DNA of 64,000 nucleotides from Abditibacterium sp. (GTDB lineage: Bacteria > Armatimonadota > Abditibacteriia > Abditibacteriales > Abditibacteriaceae): positions 896,001 to 960,000 of the forward strand of contig CBDASK010000003.1 of the NCBI GenBank assembly GCA_965199495.1, in the 5' to 3' direction. A program made the translations under genes and the position numbers. The notes under the pieces were generated by a model that saw only the letters and a program-made list of their open reading frames with translations, was not told the origin of the DNA and made no database searches. Each line of letters starts with the position of its first letter. The stretch's first letter is position 1. This document shows positions 9,470 to 18,741 of this stretch, piece by piece.

Positions 9470-10930
9470 ATGCAAGCCGTTCACGACGCCCCAATTTTCG
9501 AGGCAACCGACGAACATCTTTATCAGGGAATTGCGCGTGGCTTAATCGAAGCCATCGAATGCGGCGCGCTGGCCGTCGGGCAAAAAACGCCCTCGGTGCG
9601 CCAGATGGCCGCGCAAAAAACCGTGAGCATTTCGACGGTGTTGCAGGCTTACCGTACGCTCGAAGACGGCGGCTGGATCGAGGCGCGCCCGCAGTCGGGC
9701 TACTTCGTGCGCCACCGCATTTCGGCGCCGCCCGAACCCGAAGCGCCGTCCTGCGATCCGCTCGCGGCGGCGACCGCAATCAGCACTTGCGCTCTGGTCG
9801 AACAGGTTTTGCGCGCCACCAACGATCCGAATTTGTTGAGTCTCAGCGTCGCGGTGCCCGACCCGCAACTGTTGCCCACGCGCGCCATTGAGCGCGCGAT
9901 GGCAGCGGTTTTGCGTCACAATTCCGGCAGCAGCGCGCGCTACGATATGGTGCCGGGCTGCCTCGAACTGCGCGCCGAAATCGCGCGGCGTAGCGTCGCA
10001 TCGGGCTGCACCTTTTCGCCCGATGACATCGTTCTCACATCGGGCGCGACCGAAGCCGTCAACCTCTGTTTGCGCGCCGTCACTCAACCCGGCGACGCCG
10101 TAGTTTTGGAATCGCCGACCTATTTTGGCTCGCTGCAAGTTTTGGAGTCGCTCGGCTTGCGCGCGCTCGAACTGCCGACGCATCCGCGCGAAGGTCTGTC
10201 GCTCGAAGCCCTGGAAGTGGCGCTGGAAAGCCACGAAATTAAGGCGTGTTTATTAATGCCAAATTTGTCCAATCCGCTCGGCTCGACGATGCCCGACGCG
10301 CGCAAAAAACGCTTGGTCGAAATGTTGGCTGCGCGCGAAATCCCGCTAATCGAAGACGATACTTACGGCGATTTGAGTTTCGCTGGGGCGCGTCCCTGCG
10401 CCGCCAAAGCGTTCGACGCGAGCGGCAACGTGATGCTCTGCTCGACGTTTTCCAAAACTCTGGGGCCGGGACTGCGCGCGGGCTGGGTCGCGGCGGGCCG
10501 TTATCAGGGCGTAATCGAGTGGCTCAAAGTGACGAGCAGCATGGCCAATGCCAGTCTGCCGTCGCTGGCCGTCGCCGAGTTTTTGCGCGGCGGCGGTTAC
10601 GATCATTATCTGCGCCGCACGCGAAAAATTTATGCGGCGCAACTCGAAAAAATGAGCGAAGCCGTCGCGCACTATTTCCCCGCCGGAACCAAACTAACGC
10701 GACCCGGCGGCAGCTTTTTGTTGTGGGCCGAACTGACGCCACAGATTGACACACTCCAACTTTTTTTCGCCGCGCTCGAAGAAAAAATTTCTATCGCGCC
10801 GGGCCGCCTGTTTTCGGCGCGCGACAAATTCCCGCACTGCCTGAGATTGAGCGCGGGCGTGCCGTGGAACGCCGAGGTCGAACGCGCCGTGCAAACGCTG
10901 GGGCGTCTGGCGCACCGGCAAATGAGCTGA
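9470..10930 (+). CDS. MocR/GntR PLP-dependent transcriptional regulator
   Basis: GntR HTH (PSVRQMA..VSISTVLQAY) plus aminotransferase domain (IEDDTY, TFSKTL.PGLR). Confidence 0.95.
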   Translation: MQAVHDAPIFEATDEHLYQGIARGLIEAIECGALAVGQKTPSVRQMAAQKTVSISTVLQAYRTLEDGGWIEARPQSGYFVRHRISAPPEPEAPSCDPLAAATAISTCALVEQVLRATNDPNLLSLSVAVPDPQLLPTRAIERAMAAVLRHNSGSSARYDMVPGCLELRAEIARRSVASGCTFSPDDIVLTSGATEAVNLCLRAVTQPGDAVVLESPTYFGSLQVLESLGLRALELPTHPREGLSLEALEVALESHEIKACLLMPNLSNPLGSTMPDARKKRLVEMLAAREIPLIEDDTYGDLSFAGARPCAAKAFDASGNVMLCSTFSKTLGPGLRAGWVAAGRYQGVIEWLKVTSSMANASLPSLAVAEFLRGGGYDHYLRRTRKIYAAQLEKMSEAVAHYFPAGTKLTRPGGSFLLWAELTPQIDTLQLFFAALEEKISIAPGRLFSARDKFPHCLRLSAGVPWNAEVERAVQTLGRLAHRQMS

Positions 10931-10947
10931 CAGACTCTCAGAAAAAT

Positions 10948-11948
10948 ATGGATTTATCGCTCATTCCCGAACCGCACCGCGCCGCAGCCACGCGCGCTTT
11001 GTGCGCGGCGTTTAGCGCCCATAAAATCGAGAATATCGCTCCGCTTGCGGGCGGCTATTCGGGCGCGCTACTCTATCGCGTCGGCGTGGCTGCATCTGCA
11101 CAGGACGCCGTGCTGCGCATTATCACGCGCGTGGATGCTTTTAACGATCCGGTGCGCCAATACGCCTGTCAAAACATCGCGGCGCAGGCGAACATCGCGC
11201 CGCGCGTGCTTTACTCCGATGCCGCCGACGCGATTTCGATTACGGAATGGGTGGAAGCCGCGCCATTTTCCGGCTCAATTGAAGCGCGCTTAAACGAACT
11301 GGCGCGCACCATCCGCGCGATTCAGGCGACGCCGCTTTTTCCGCCGCTTGTTGATTATCTCGACGGCATTGACGGTTTCATCGCCAATTTCCACGCGTCC
11401 GGTTTGTTGCCTACAAGCGCAACCAAATCGCACTTCGCGCTTTACGCGCACATCCAGCGCGCCTATCCGCGTCACACGAATGATTTGGTTTCGAGCCACA
11501 ACGACTTCAACCCGAACAACTTGATTTTCGACGGCGATAATTTTGGGTTGTTGACTGGGAAACCGCGTTTGCCAACGACCGCTACGTGGACTTGGCGACG
11601 GCCTTCAACTTTTCGCACGCCTCCGATGAAGCCGAAGAATTCACTCTGCGCGCCTATTTCGCCGCCGAGCCGACGCCCCATCAACGCGCGCGCTTTTTCC
11701 TGATGCGCCAGATTTGTTTGATGTTTTACGCGATGGTGCATTTTCAACTCGTGTCAGCGCGCAAGACGCCCGCGTTGGCGCTCGACCCCAGCATGGAAAC
11801 GCCGACGGTAGAACAGTTTCACCAGAGCGACGTTGATTTTTCTTCCATCGAAGGCAAATGGCTTTACGCCAAAACCTGCTTGAATCAGGCGTTGCGTAAC
11901 ATGGAAAGCGCGCGCTTTGCGCCCGCCATTGAAGCGATGAACGCTTAA
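10948..11948 (+). pseudogene. APH/choline-kinase-like phosphotransferase, frameshifted near 11541
   Basis: HNDFNPNN in one frame; WVVDWETAF.ND.YVDLA in the next, restored by one extra T in the T run. Confidence 0.8.
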
Positions 11949-11953
11949 AAATT

Positions 11954-12505
11954 ATGAACCAAAATCCCCACCTTCCGCCCATCGAACAGTCCGACGACCC
12001 GCGCGTGCAAGCGATTTTCGCGCGCTGGCAACGGCTCTACGGCAAAGTCTCGACTGTCGCCCAAGTCATCTACGCCCGCGCGCCGCAGTTCGCGACTTTG
12101 GCCGGGCACATGAACGAAACGCAGGAAACTTTGTCGCTCGAACCCGAACTGTGTTTGTTGATTCAAATGCAAGCCTCGCAACTCAATGGTTGCGCGTTTT
12201 GCGTGGATTTGACGCTCGCCCGCGCGCTGCAACAAAGCATCGGCATTGAACGATTCCGCGATTTGGAAAACTTCCGCGACAGCGATGCCTTTTCGCCGCG
12301 CGAAAAAGCCGCGCTCGCGTTTTGCGACGAAGCCACGCGCAACCGCAAAGTGGGCGCGGCGACGTGGCTGGAAGTCAAAGCGCAGTTCAGCGACACCGAA
12401 ATCGTCGAGTTGACGTGGCTCAACGCGATGGAAAATTACTACAATTTACAAGCGGGCGTGCTGGGCATCGAGTCGGACGAATTAGCGCAAGCCGTGGCGA
12501 AATGA
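11954..12505 (+). CDS. Carboxymuconolactone decarboxylase / AhpD-like protein
   Basis: SQLNGCAFCVD and FSPREKAAL motifs. Confidence 0.9.
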   Translation: MNQNPHLPPIEQSDDPRVQAIFARWQRLYGKVSTVAQVIYARAPQFATLAGHMNETQETLSLEPELCLLIQMQASQLNGCAFCVDLTLARALQQSIGIERFRDLENFRDSDAFSPREKAALAFCDEATRNRKVGAATWLEVKAQFSDTEIVELTWLNAMENYYNLQAGVLGIESDELAQAVAK

Positions 12506-13062
12506 CAACTCACATCGCGCTTTTACGCGGCATCAATGTCGGCGGGCATCGCGTCAAAATGGAGCGTTTACGCGTCTTGTTGGGCGAGTTGGAATTGCGC
12601 AACATTCACAGTTTCATTCAAAGCGGCAACATCTTTTTCGAGACGGATGCGCCCGATGTGGCGGCATTGACGACGCATATCGAAACGCATCTGGAAGCGA
12701 ATTTGGGTTACGCGGTGCCAACGTTTTTGCGAACGCCAAGCGAACTAAATCAAGCATTATCGCCCAATCCGTTCGCGCAAATCGAAGTCACGCCCGAAAC
12801 GCGATTGCTGATTGTCTTCACCAACAGCGCGCCACTCGATGCAGCCACGCCGCCGCGCTTGCCCGATGGCGAAATGAAAATAGTGAAAATTACGTCCAGC
12901 GAGATTTTCGTGGTTTATCGTTTGAACAACAAACGCCCGCCCGACATGGCTGCGTTTCTGAAACGAACGATGAATTTGCCGCCGCACGCGACGACGACGC
13001 GGTTTTATGAGACGACGCTCAAAATGCTGCGCGCCGCTCAAGCCACTGAAACCGCGCCGTAG
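12502..13062 (+). CDS. DUF1697 family protein
   Basis: IALLRGINVGG and FIQSGNI motifs; ATGA overlap. Confidence 0.9.
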   Translation: MTTHIALLRGINVGGHRVKMERLRVLLGELELRNIHSFIQSGNIFFETDAPDVAALTTHIETHLEANLGYAVPTFLRTPSELNQALSPNPFAQIEVTPETRLLIVFTNSAPLDAATPPRLPDGEMKIVKITSSEIFVVYRLNNKRPPDMAAFLKRTMNLPPHATTTRFYETTLKMLRAAQATETAP

Positions 13063-13147
13063 CCGCGCGAAAGCGCTGTGGAGGCCGCCGCTTTTTTCAC
13101 GAGTGCGCGGATTTTTGCTGCTTCGGTGAAAAATTTTCATTTATGGC

Positions 13148-13207
13148 TTGACGGCGCACGCGAGATAGATTATATTTTACCTTATGGTTAATTAACCATA
13201 AGGTAAA
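13148..13207 (+). promoter_or_regulatory. Sigma70 promoter with a 32-bp perfect palindromic operator (likely ArsR autorepression site)
   Basis: TTGACG(13148)-N17-TATATT(13171); TTTACCTTATGGTTAA/TTAACCATAAGGTAAA at 13176-13207 directly before the ATG. Confidence 0.8.
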
Positions 13208-13209
13208 TC

Positions 13210-13566
13210 ATGTCGTCGGAGCAATTGGATGGGATATTTGGCGCGTTGGCCGATTCGACTCGCCGCGCGATTTTGGAGCGCTTGGCGCGGGGCGAGGCTT
13301 CGGTGAAGGAATTATCGGAGCCGTTTGCGATGAGTGCGCCAGCCATCACCAAGCATTTGAAGGTGTTGGAAAACGCCGGTTTGATTTCGCGCAGTCGAGA
13401 GGGCCAGTGGCGTCCCTGCCGCCTCGAAGCCGAGCCGTTGCGCGAAGCCTGCGAATGGGTCGAGCAATATCGCCAGTTCTGGGAAGAGAGTTTCGACCGT
13501 TTGGACGATTACCTCAAGGAATTGCAAAACCAAAACAAGGAGAAAACAGATGACAACAGCCAGTGA
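13210..13566 (+). CDS. ArsR/SmtB family regulator
   Basis: FGALADSTRR and PAITKHLKVLE.AGLI motifs. Confidence 0.95.
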   Translation: MSSEQLDGIFGALADSTRRAILERLARGEASVKELSEPFAMSAPAITKHLKVLENAGLISRSREGQWRPCRLEAEPLREACEWVEQYRQFWEESFDRLDDYLKELQNQNKEKTDDNSQ

Positions 13567-14035
13567 AACCGTCGCGTCTGCGGCTCAGGAACTCGTGATA
13601 GAACGCGTTTTCGATGCACCGCGCGAATTGGTGTGGCGGGCATGGACGGAACCGCAACAGCTCGCTTGCTGGTGCGCGCCGCACGAGTTCACTATCACGC
13701 ACTGCGCAGGTGAAGCGCGTGCCGGTGGCTCGTGGCGAACCTGCATGGTTTCGCCCGAAGGTTTGGAACATTGGGTCGGCGGCATTTACCGCGAAGTCGC
13801 GCCGGTCGAGCGCCTCGTTTTCACGCACCAGTGGGACGACAGAGACGGCCAGTCCAGCCCGGAAACGTTGGTAACGCTCACGTTCTTCGAGCAAGGCGCG
13901 AAAACGCGGCTTCATTTTCTCCAACAAAATTTGGCTTCGCCGTCTTCGCGCGCTGGCCACGAGATCGGTTGGAGCGAGAGCTTCGAGCGCTTGAACGAAC
14001 ATTTGCATCGCGTTCAAGACACCAGAAAAGGGTAG
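13550..14035 (+). CDS. SRPBCC/AHSA1 domain protein
   Basis: IERVFDAPRELVWRAWT motif. Confidence 0.92.
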   Translation: MTTASETVASAAQELVIERVFDAPRELVWRAWTEPQQLACWCAPHEFTITHCAGEARAGGSWRTCMVSPEGLEHWVGGIYREVAPVERLVFTHQWDDRDGQSSPETLVTLTFFEQGAKTRLHFLQQNLASPSSRAGHEIGWSESFERLNEHLHRVQDTRKG

Positions 14036-14219
14036 TGGCTCAATGGGGTTAGGTGACTTGTCATTCTGAGCGGAGTGAGGAACGAACGAAGTCGAAGAAT
14101 CCATAAAAGGGAGTCGAGATGAAAGCGAAGTCAACGTGCGACCTGTGGATTCTTCGACTTCGTTCGTTCCTCACTCCGCTCAGAATGACAAGTCACCTAA
14201 CCCCATTGAGCCACTACTC
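14030..14219. mobile_element. MITE-like palindromic element E (72-bp perfect arms, 42-bp spacer)
   Basis: 14032-14103 is the reverse complement of 14146-14217; CAGAAAA direct repeat at 14023 and 14220; inner TGTCATTCTGAGCGG..GAAGAATC unit also at 56522. Confidence 0.85.
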
Positions 14220-14259
14220 CAGAAAAACATAGAAAACAAACGGAAATTTCAAGAAAACA

Positions 14260-14730
14260 ATGTCAAAAATTACCCCATTTTTATGGTTCGACAATCAAGC
14301 GGAAGAGGCAATGAATTTTTATTGCTCGATCTTCCCCAACTCCAAAGCCGACCCGGTTTCGCGCACCGGCGAAGGCGCGCCGTTGCCTGCGGGCGCCATC
14401 GTTTCGGTGAACTTTGAACTCGACGGCCAACCGTTCATCGCGTTCAACGGCGGCCCCATGCACACGTTCACGCCCGCGATTTCGCTTTTCGTTTCGTGCC
14501 AGACGCAGGATGAAGTGGACGATTTGTGGAACAAGCTATCGCAGGGCGGCGAAGAAGGGCCGTGTGGTTGGTTGCGCGACAAGTTCGGCGTGTCGTGGCA
14601 AATCATTCCCACCGCGCTGGGCGAACTGTTGGGCGATCCCGACAAAGAGAAATCGAACCACGTTTTGAACGCGATGTTGCAAATGCAGAAAATCAATATC
14701 GCACAATTGCAAGAGGCGCATAGCCGCTAA
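14260..14730 (+). CDS. VOC family PhnB-like protein
   Basis: KITPFLWFD.QAEEA and CGWLRDKFGVSWQI motifs. Confidence 0.92.
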   Translation: MSKITPFLWFDNQAEEAMNFYCSIFPNSKADPVSRTGEGAPLPAGAIVSVNFELDGQPFIAFNGGPMHTFTPAISLFVSCQTQDEVDDLWNKLSQGGEEGPCGWLRDKFGVSWQIIPTALGELLGDPDKEKSNHVLNAMLQMQKINIAQLQEAHSR

Positions 14731-14748
14731 CCCAGAACATTCTCAATC

Positions 14749-15636
14749 ATGCAAATTCAGCCTTATCTCCAATTCAATGGCCGTTGCGAAGAAGCGGTCA
14801 ACTTTTACCAGAGTGCGCTTGGCGCGCAAGTTCTCACGCTGTTGCGTTTCAAAGATATGCCCGACAACAGCGAAATCACCATGCCCGCCGAGCAGGTCAT
14901 GCACGCCAGCCTGCTCATCGGCGACAGCACGTTGATGGCGACAGATGGCGGCTTTCAGAGCGACGAAGGCTTTAAAGGTTTTTCGCTCACGCTCGACGTG
15001 GCTGATGCAGACGAAGCGCACCAAAAGTTCGCGGCTCTCGCGGACGGCGGGCGGGTGCAAATGCCGTTGTCGGCTCATTTTTTCTCGTCCTGCTTTGGCA
15101 TTGTCACCGACCGTTTCGGCATCGCGTGGAACATCACCGTGCCGCTGGAAAATCATATCTTCCTCACGCGCGTTTTCGATGCACCGCGTGAACTGGTGTG
15201 GAAAGCGTGGAGCAACGCCGAAGCTCTGGCGCAGTGGTGGGGGCCGAAAGGCTGCGCCACGCGCGTCGAAAAACTGGATTTTCGTCCGGGCGGCGTTTTT
15301 CACTACGCGATGCAAACGCCCGATGGCGAATTCTGGGGCAAGTTTGTCTACCGCGACATCGAGCCACCGGAACACCTTTCTTTCCTGCTGTCGTTCGCCG
15401 ATGCCCAAGGCAACATCGTGCGCGCGCCCTTTAGCGACACCCATCCGCTCGAAATCCTCAGCGATGTGACGTTCACCGAACAGGACGGCAAAACCACCAT
15501 CACGATGCGGGGCGGCCCCTTCAACGCGACGCAGGAAGAGCGCGAAAGCTACGCCGCCATTCTGACCGATATGCGGGAAGGCACCAATTCCACCTTCGAT
15601 AACCTCGCCGAATATCTGGCTAAAACGCAAGCGTAA
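14749..15636 (+). CDS. PhnB-like VOC domain fused to an SRPBCC domain
   Basis: PYLQFNGRCEEA...DRFGIAW then LTRVFDAPRELVWKAW in a single frame. Confidence 0.85.
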   Translation: MQIQPYLQFNGRCEEAVNFYQSALGAQVLTLLRFKDMPDNSEITMPAEQVMHASLLIGDSTLMATDGGFQSDEGFKGFSLTLDVADADEAHQKFAALADGGRVQMPLSAHFFSSCFGIVTDRFGIAWNITVPLENHIFLTRVFDAPRELVWKAWSNAEALAQWWGPKGCATRVEKLDFRPGGVFHYAMQTPDGEFWGKFVYRDIEPPEHLSFLLSFADAQGNIVRAPFSDTHPLEILSDVTFTEQDGKTTITMRGGPFNATQEERESYAAILTDMREGTNSTFDNLAEYLAKTQA

Positions 15637-15652
15637 ATCAACTTCATTGGAG

Positions 15653-15697
15653 CGGCAAGAAGTGCGGATACACAAAAAATATCCGCACTTCTTGCCG
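15653..15697. repeat. Intergenic inverted repeat (18-bp arms)
   Basis: CGGCAAGAAGTGCGGATA-N9-TATCCGCACTTCTTGCCG; no U-tract. Confidence 0.75.
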
Positions 15698-15728
15698 ACT
15701 AAAACCTAATCTGTCACTCTTGACTTCC

Positions 15729-16187
15729 ATGAATCTGCAAACTTTTCTCTCCACCTCGATCCCCAAAGCCGCCGCCGATCTCGAAACCGCGCTTTTGCGT
15801 TTGCCCGCCGACAAACGCAATTGGAGCGCGGGCGGCGACGCGCGTAGCGCGCTCAATATGGTCGCCGAAGTCGCGCTTCTGAACGGCGACACCGCCGAAA
15901 TGATCGAAAATCGTCGGGGCATGGCGAACCTCGATTTGGGCGAACTCAACCGGCGCATCGCCGAACTCACGGGCGATTGGCCCGCGCTGCAAACGTTGTT
16001 GCACAGCAACACGGCGCGCGTGGCTGCGGTTGTCGGCGCGCTTTCGGATGATGATTTCGACGCCGAAATCCAAATGCCGTGGGGCGCGATGACAATTGCG
16101 CAAATCGCGGCTTATCCGTATTGGAACGCCTGTTATCACGAGGGCCAAATCAACTTCATCGCTTCGCTGCTGGGCTGTTTGAAATGA
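15729..16187 (+). CDS. DinB family protein
   Basis: RSALNMVAE and YHEGQINFI motifs. Confidence 0.8.
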   Translation: MNLQTFLSTSIPKAAADLETALLRLPADKRNWSAGGDARSALNMVAEVALLNGDTAEMIENRRGMANLDLGELNRRIAELTGDWPALQTLLHSNTARVAAVVGALSDDDFDAEIQMPWGAMTIAQIAAYPYWNACYHEGQINFIASLLGCLK

Positions 16188-16672
16188 CGCAATTTTTCGC
16201 GCGCCTGACGCGCTACAATCGCTGGATGAACCAGCGATTGATGCAGACCTGTTCGCAACTTTCCGACGAAGAGCGCCAACAGCATCGCGGCGCGCCGTTT
16301 GGCTCGATTCACGGTTTGTGGAATCATCTGCTGGTTTGCGACCGCTTATGGCTCGCGCGTTTTGCTGGGGCGCCGATGCCCTATTCGCGTTTGGACGAAG
16401 AAATTTGTGCCGATTGGGACGAATTTATGAAACAACGCGCGCTCACCGACGACGCGATTGACGCTTATATTTCTGCGCTTACGCCGGAATACTTGGATTC
16501 GACGTTACATTTTGTTTCGGTTTCCAATCCGCAGCCACGCCAACTGCCTTTGTGGGTCGCGGTGCAGCATTTGTTCAATCATCAGACGCATCATCGCGGG
16601 CAAATTACGGCGCTGATGGAGCAAGCCGGATTGGATTGCGGCGTCACCGATTTGGCGGCGATGCCAGACTAA
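16184..16672 (+). CDS. DinB family protein
   Basis: YNRWMN, FGSIHG..NHLL..D..WL.RF and HLFNHQTHHRGQ motifs. Confidence 0.92.
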   Translation: MTQFFARLTRYNRWMNQRLMQTCSQLSDEERQQHRGAPFGSIHGLWNHLLVCDRLWLARFAGAPMPYSRLDEEICADWDEFMKQRALTDDAIDAYISALTPEYLDSTLHFVSVSNPQPRQLPLWVAVQHLFNHQTHHRGQITALMEQAGLDCGVTDLAAMPD

Positions 16673-16677
16673 TTTTC

Positions 16678-17253
16678 ATGTTTGTCGAATCGCTCGTTGG
16701 CTCGCGCGTCGAATTGCGGTTACTGCGCCGCGATGACGCCGACGCGCTCGCCGTGGTTGCAAGCGACGGCGAGTTGTGGAATTTGCCTTTTACCGTCGTG
16801 CCCAACGCGCAAACCGTTGACGCTTACCTCGAAACCGCGCTCGCCGGACAAAGCGCCGGAACCGTCGCGCCGTTTGCGATTTGTCTGCGCGCAAGCGGAG
16901 AGATCGTCGGTTCGACACGGTTTTGGAAAATGGATTTTCAAAATCGCAAACTCGAAATCGGTCATACGTGGATCGCGCGTTCTTGGCAACGCACGTTCGT
17001 CAACACCGAGATTAAGTATTTGATGCTCAGTTGGGCATTCGAGGAGATGAAATGTATCCGAGTGCAGTTCACGACCGACGAACGCAACGCCGCCTCGCGC
17101 GCGGCGATATTGCGTTTGGGCGCGCGCGAAGAAGGCATCATTCGCCACGAACGGATTATGCCTGATGGACACAAACGCAACGCGTTTCGTTTCAGCATCT
17201 TGGACGACGAATGGCCCGATGTCAAACGAAATTTGCAACGAAAACTGGATTAG
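16678..17253 (+). CDS. GNAT (RimJ/RimL-type) acetyltransferase
   Basis: LEIGHTW, RTFVNTE.KYL and N..SRAAILRLGA..EG motifs. Confidence 0.92.
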   Translation: MFVESLVGSRVELRLLRRDDADALAVVASDGELWNLPFTVVPNAQTVDAYLETALAGQSAGTVAPFAICLRASGEIVGSTRFWKMDFQNRKLEIGHTWIARSWQRTFVNTEIKYLMLSWAFEEMKCIRVQFTTDERNAASRAAILRLGAREEGIIRHERIMPDGHKRNAFRFSILDDEWPDVKRNLQRKLD

Positions 17254-17306
17254 ATGGCGAATACCGCGTGGAACATTTGCAGGTCGCTTGTGGTCTGAGT
17301 TTCATC

Positions 17307-17804
17307 ATGCGAAATCAACAATTCAAAGCCGCCGCCAGCCTGATATTTTTGGGCGCTGGCGCCGCGCTGCTCTGGAATTTTCGCGCGCGCGCGGGCGCCA
17401 ACGCCAATCCACCAAAACCCACCGTAACCATCGTCGTCTTGGGCCAGCCATTTGAAGTCGAAATTGGTAAAAGCACAGCGATTCCCTCTGAGAAACTCGA
17501 TGTCAGCTTCGAGCGCGTGACCGAAGATTCGCGCTGTCCCAAAGATATGGATTGTTACTGGGCCGGACAAATCAGCGTCGTCGTCGGACTAAAAAAGGCC
17601 GGTAAAAAATTAGGCACCGCCTTACTGACGGTGCAAGGCAGCCGTTACGTGACACCGAAATCTATCGGCAAGATTGGGCCCTATTGGGTCAAACTTACGG
17701 AAGTCTCGCCCGAAAAAGGGCCGCAAAACGCGCCGGGCACGGCCAAACTTATCACGCTCGTTGTGCAAAATAAACCGTTTGCCGCGCCCAAAAATGGAAA
17801 ATGA
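17307..17804 (+). CDS. Exported hypothetical protein (DSRCP...C.WAG motif)
   Basis: N-terminal signal-like segment; EDSRCPKDMDCYWAG. Confidence 0.7.
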   Translation: MRNQQFKAAASLIFLGAGAALLWNFRARAGANANPPKPTVTIVVLGQPFEVEIGKSTAIPSEKLDVSFERVTEDSRCPKDMDCYWAGQISVVVGLKKAGKKLGTALLTVQGSRYVTPKSIGKIGPYWVKLTEVSPEKGPQNAPGTAKLITLVVQNKPFAAPKNGK

Positions 17805-18274
17805 ATTTCGATATTACGCCCGCCCAACTTTGCGACGCCGCCGAAATTTTGGCATTGCAACACCTCGCCTATCAAAGCGAGGCGTTGCTTTACAACGCTT
17901 GGAACATTCCGCCTTTGACGCAGAATTTGGAGGAATTGCAGAACGATTTCCATGTCAAAATCGTTCTCAAAGCCTGCGACAGCGGGCGCATCATCGGTTC
18001 GGTGCGTGGCACCATTCGAGACGAAACTGCTTGCATTAAACGATTAATTGTTCATCCCGATTATCAGCGACAAGGCATCGGCGGCGCATTGATGACGCAA
18101 ATCGAGCATTGCTTCGATGCAGCCACGCGCATTGAATTGTTTACGGGCGAGAAGAGCGAGAGCAACATTCGGCTTTATCGAAAGTTGGGTTACGAGATTT
18201 TCAAACGTGAAGCGATCAATCCAAATTTGACTTTTGTGTGGATGGAAAAACTCATTTCACCAAAGATATTATGA
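17801..18274 (+). CDS. GNAT family acetyltransferase
   Basis: RLIVHPDYQRQGIG and NIRLYRKLGY motifs. Confidence 0.92.
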   Translation: MNFDITPAQLCDAAEILALQHLAYQSEALLYNAWNIPPLTQNLEELQNDFHVKIVLKACDSGRIIGSVRGTIRDETACIKRLIVHPDYQRQGIGGALMTQIEHCFDAATRIELFTGEKSESNIRLYRKLGYEIFKREAINPNLTFVWMEKLISPKIL

Positions 18275-18731
18275 ATGATGCGCACGCGCTCAACGCCGCC
18301 AAAGTGCGGACGTGATTCCAAATCATCCACGCGCCATAAAACGAAGCCCACGCCGTGGCTGCATCGGGCGCGTCGGGTTTTAAAGTCGCCAACGCATCGT
18401 TGAGCGGCACGTTTCCCCCTGCCGTTACGCCAAAGGTGCCGATCAAATAAAGCGCGCACCCGACCAGCAGCCACGCCGCATTGGGTTGTTTCCATCCGAC
18501 AAATGCCAGAACGAGCGACAACAGCGCCGTGCCCATAAAAACCAGCATGAATAGCGGGTTGATGACGGCGAGGTTGATGCTTTGCATCGCGGCGATGGCT
18601 TGCGGCGCGGGCAGGCGCTTGAGCGCGGGCATCACGAAGACCGAAAACGCGAAGAACGTTCCGGCCATCAGAGCGCAACCCAGCGCGACAGCGAGTTTGG
18701 CGGCGAAAAGCCAGCGGTCGAGCGAGGACAT
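18252..18731 (-). CDS. DUF1772 / anthrone oxygenase-like membrane protein
   Basis: FFAFSVFVMPAL, NVPLNDAL and W..WNHVRT motifs. Confidence 0.88.
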   Translation of the reverse strand: MSSLDRWLFAAKLAVALGCALMAGTFFAFSVFVMPALKRLPAPQAIAAMQSINLAVINPLFMLVFMGTALLSLVLAFVGWKQPNAAWLLVGCALYLIGTFGVTAGGNVPLNDALATLKPDAPDAATAWASFYGAWMIWNHVRTLAALSACASFIISLVK

Positions 18732-18741
18732 GAAAGCTATT

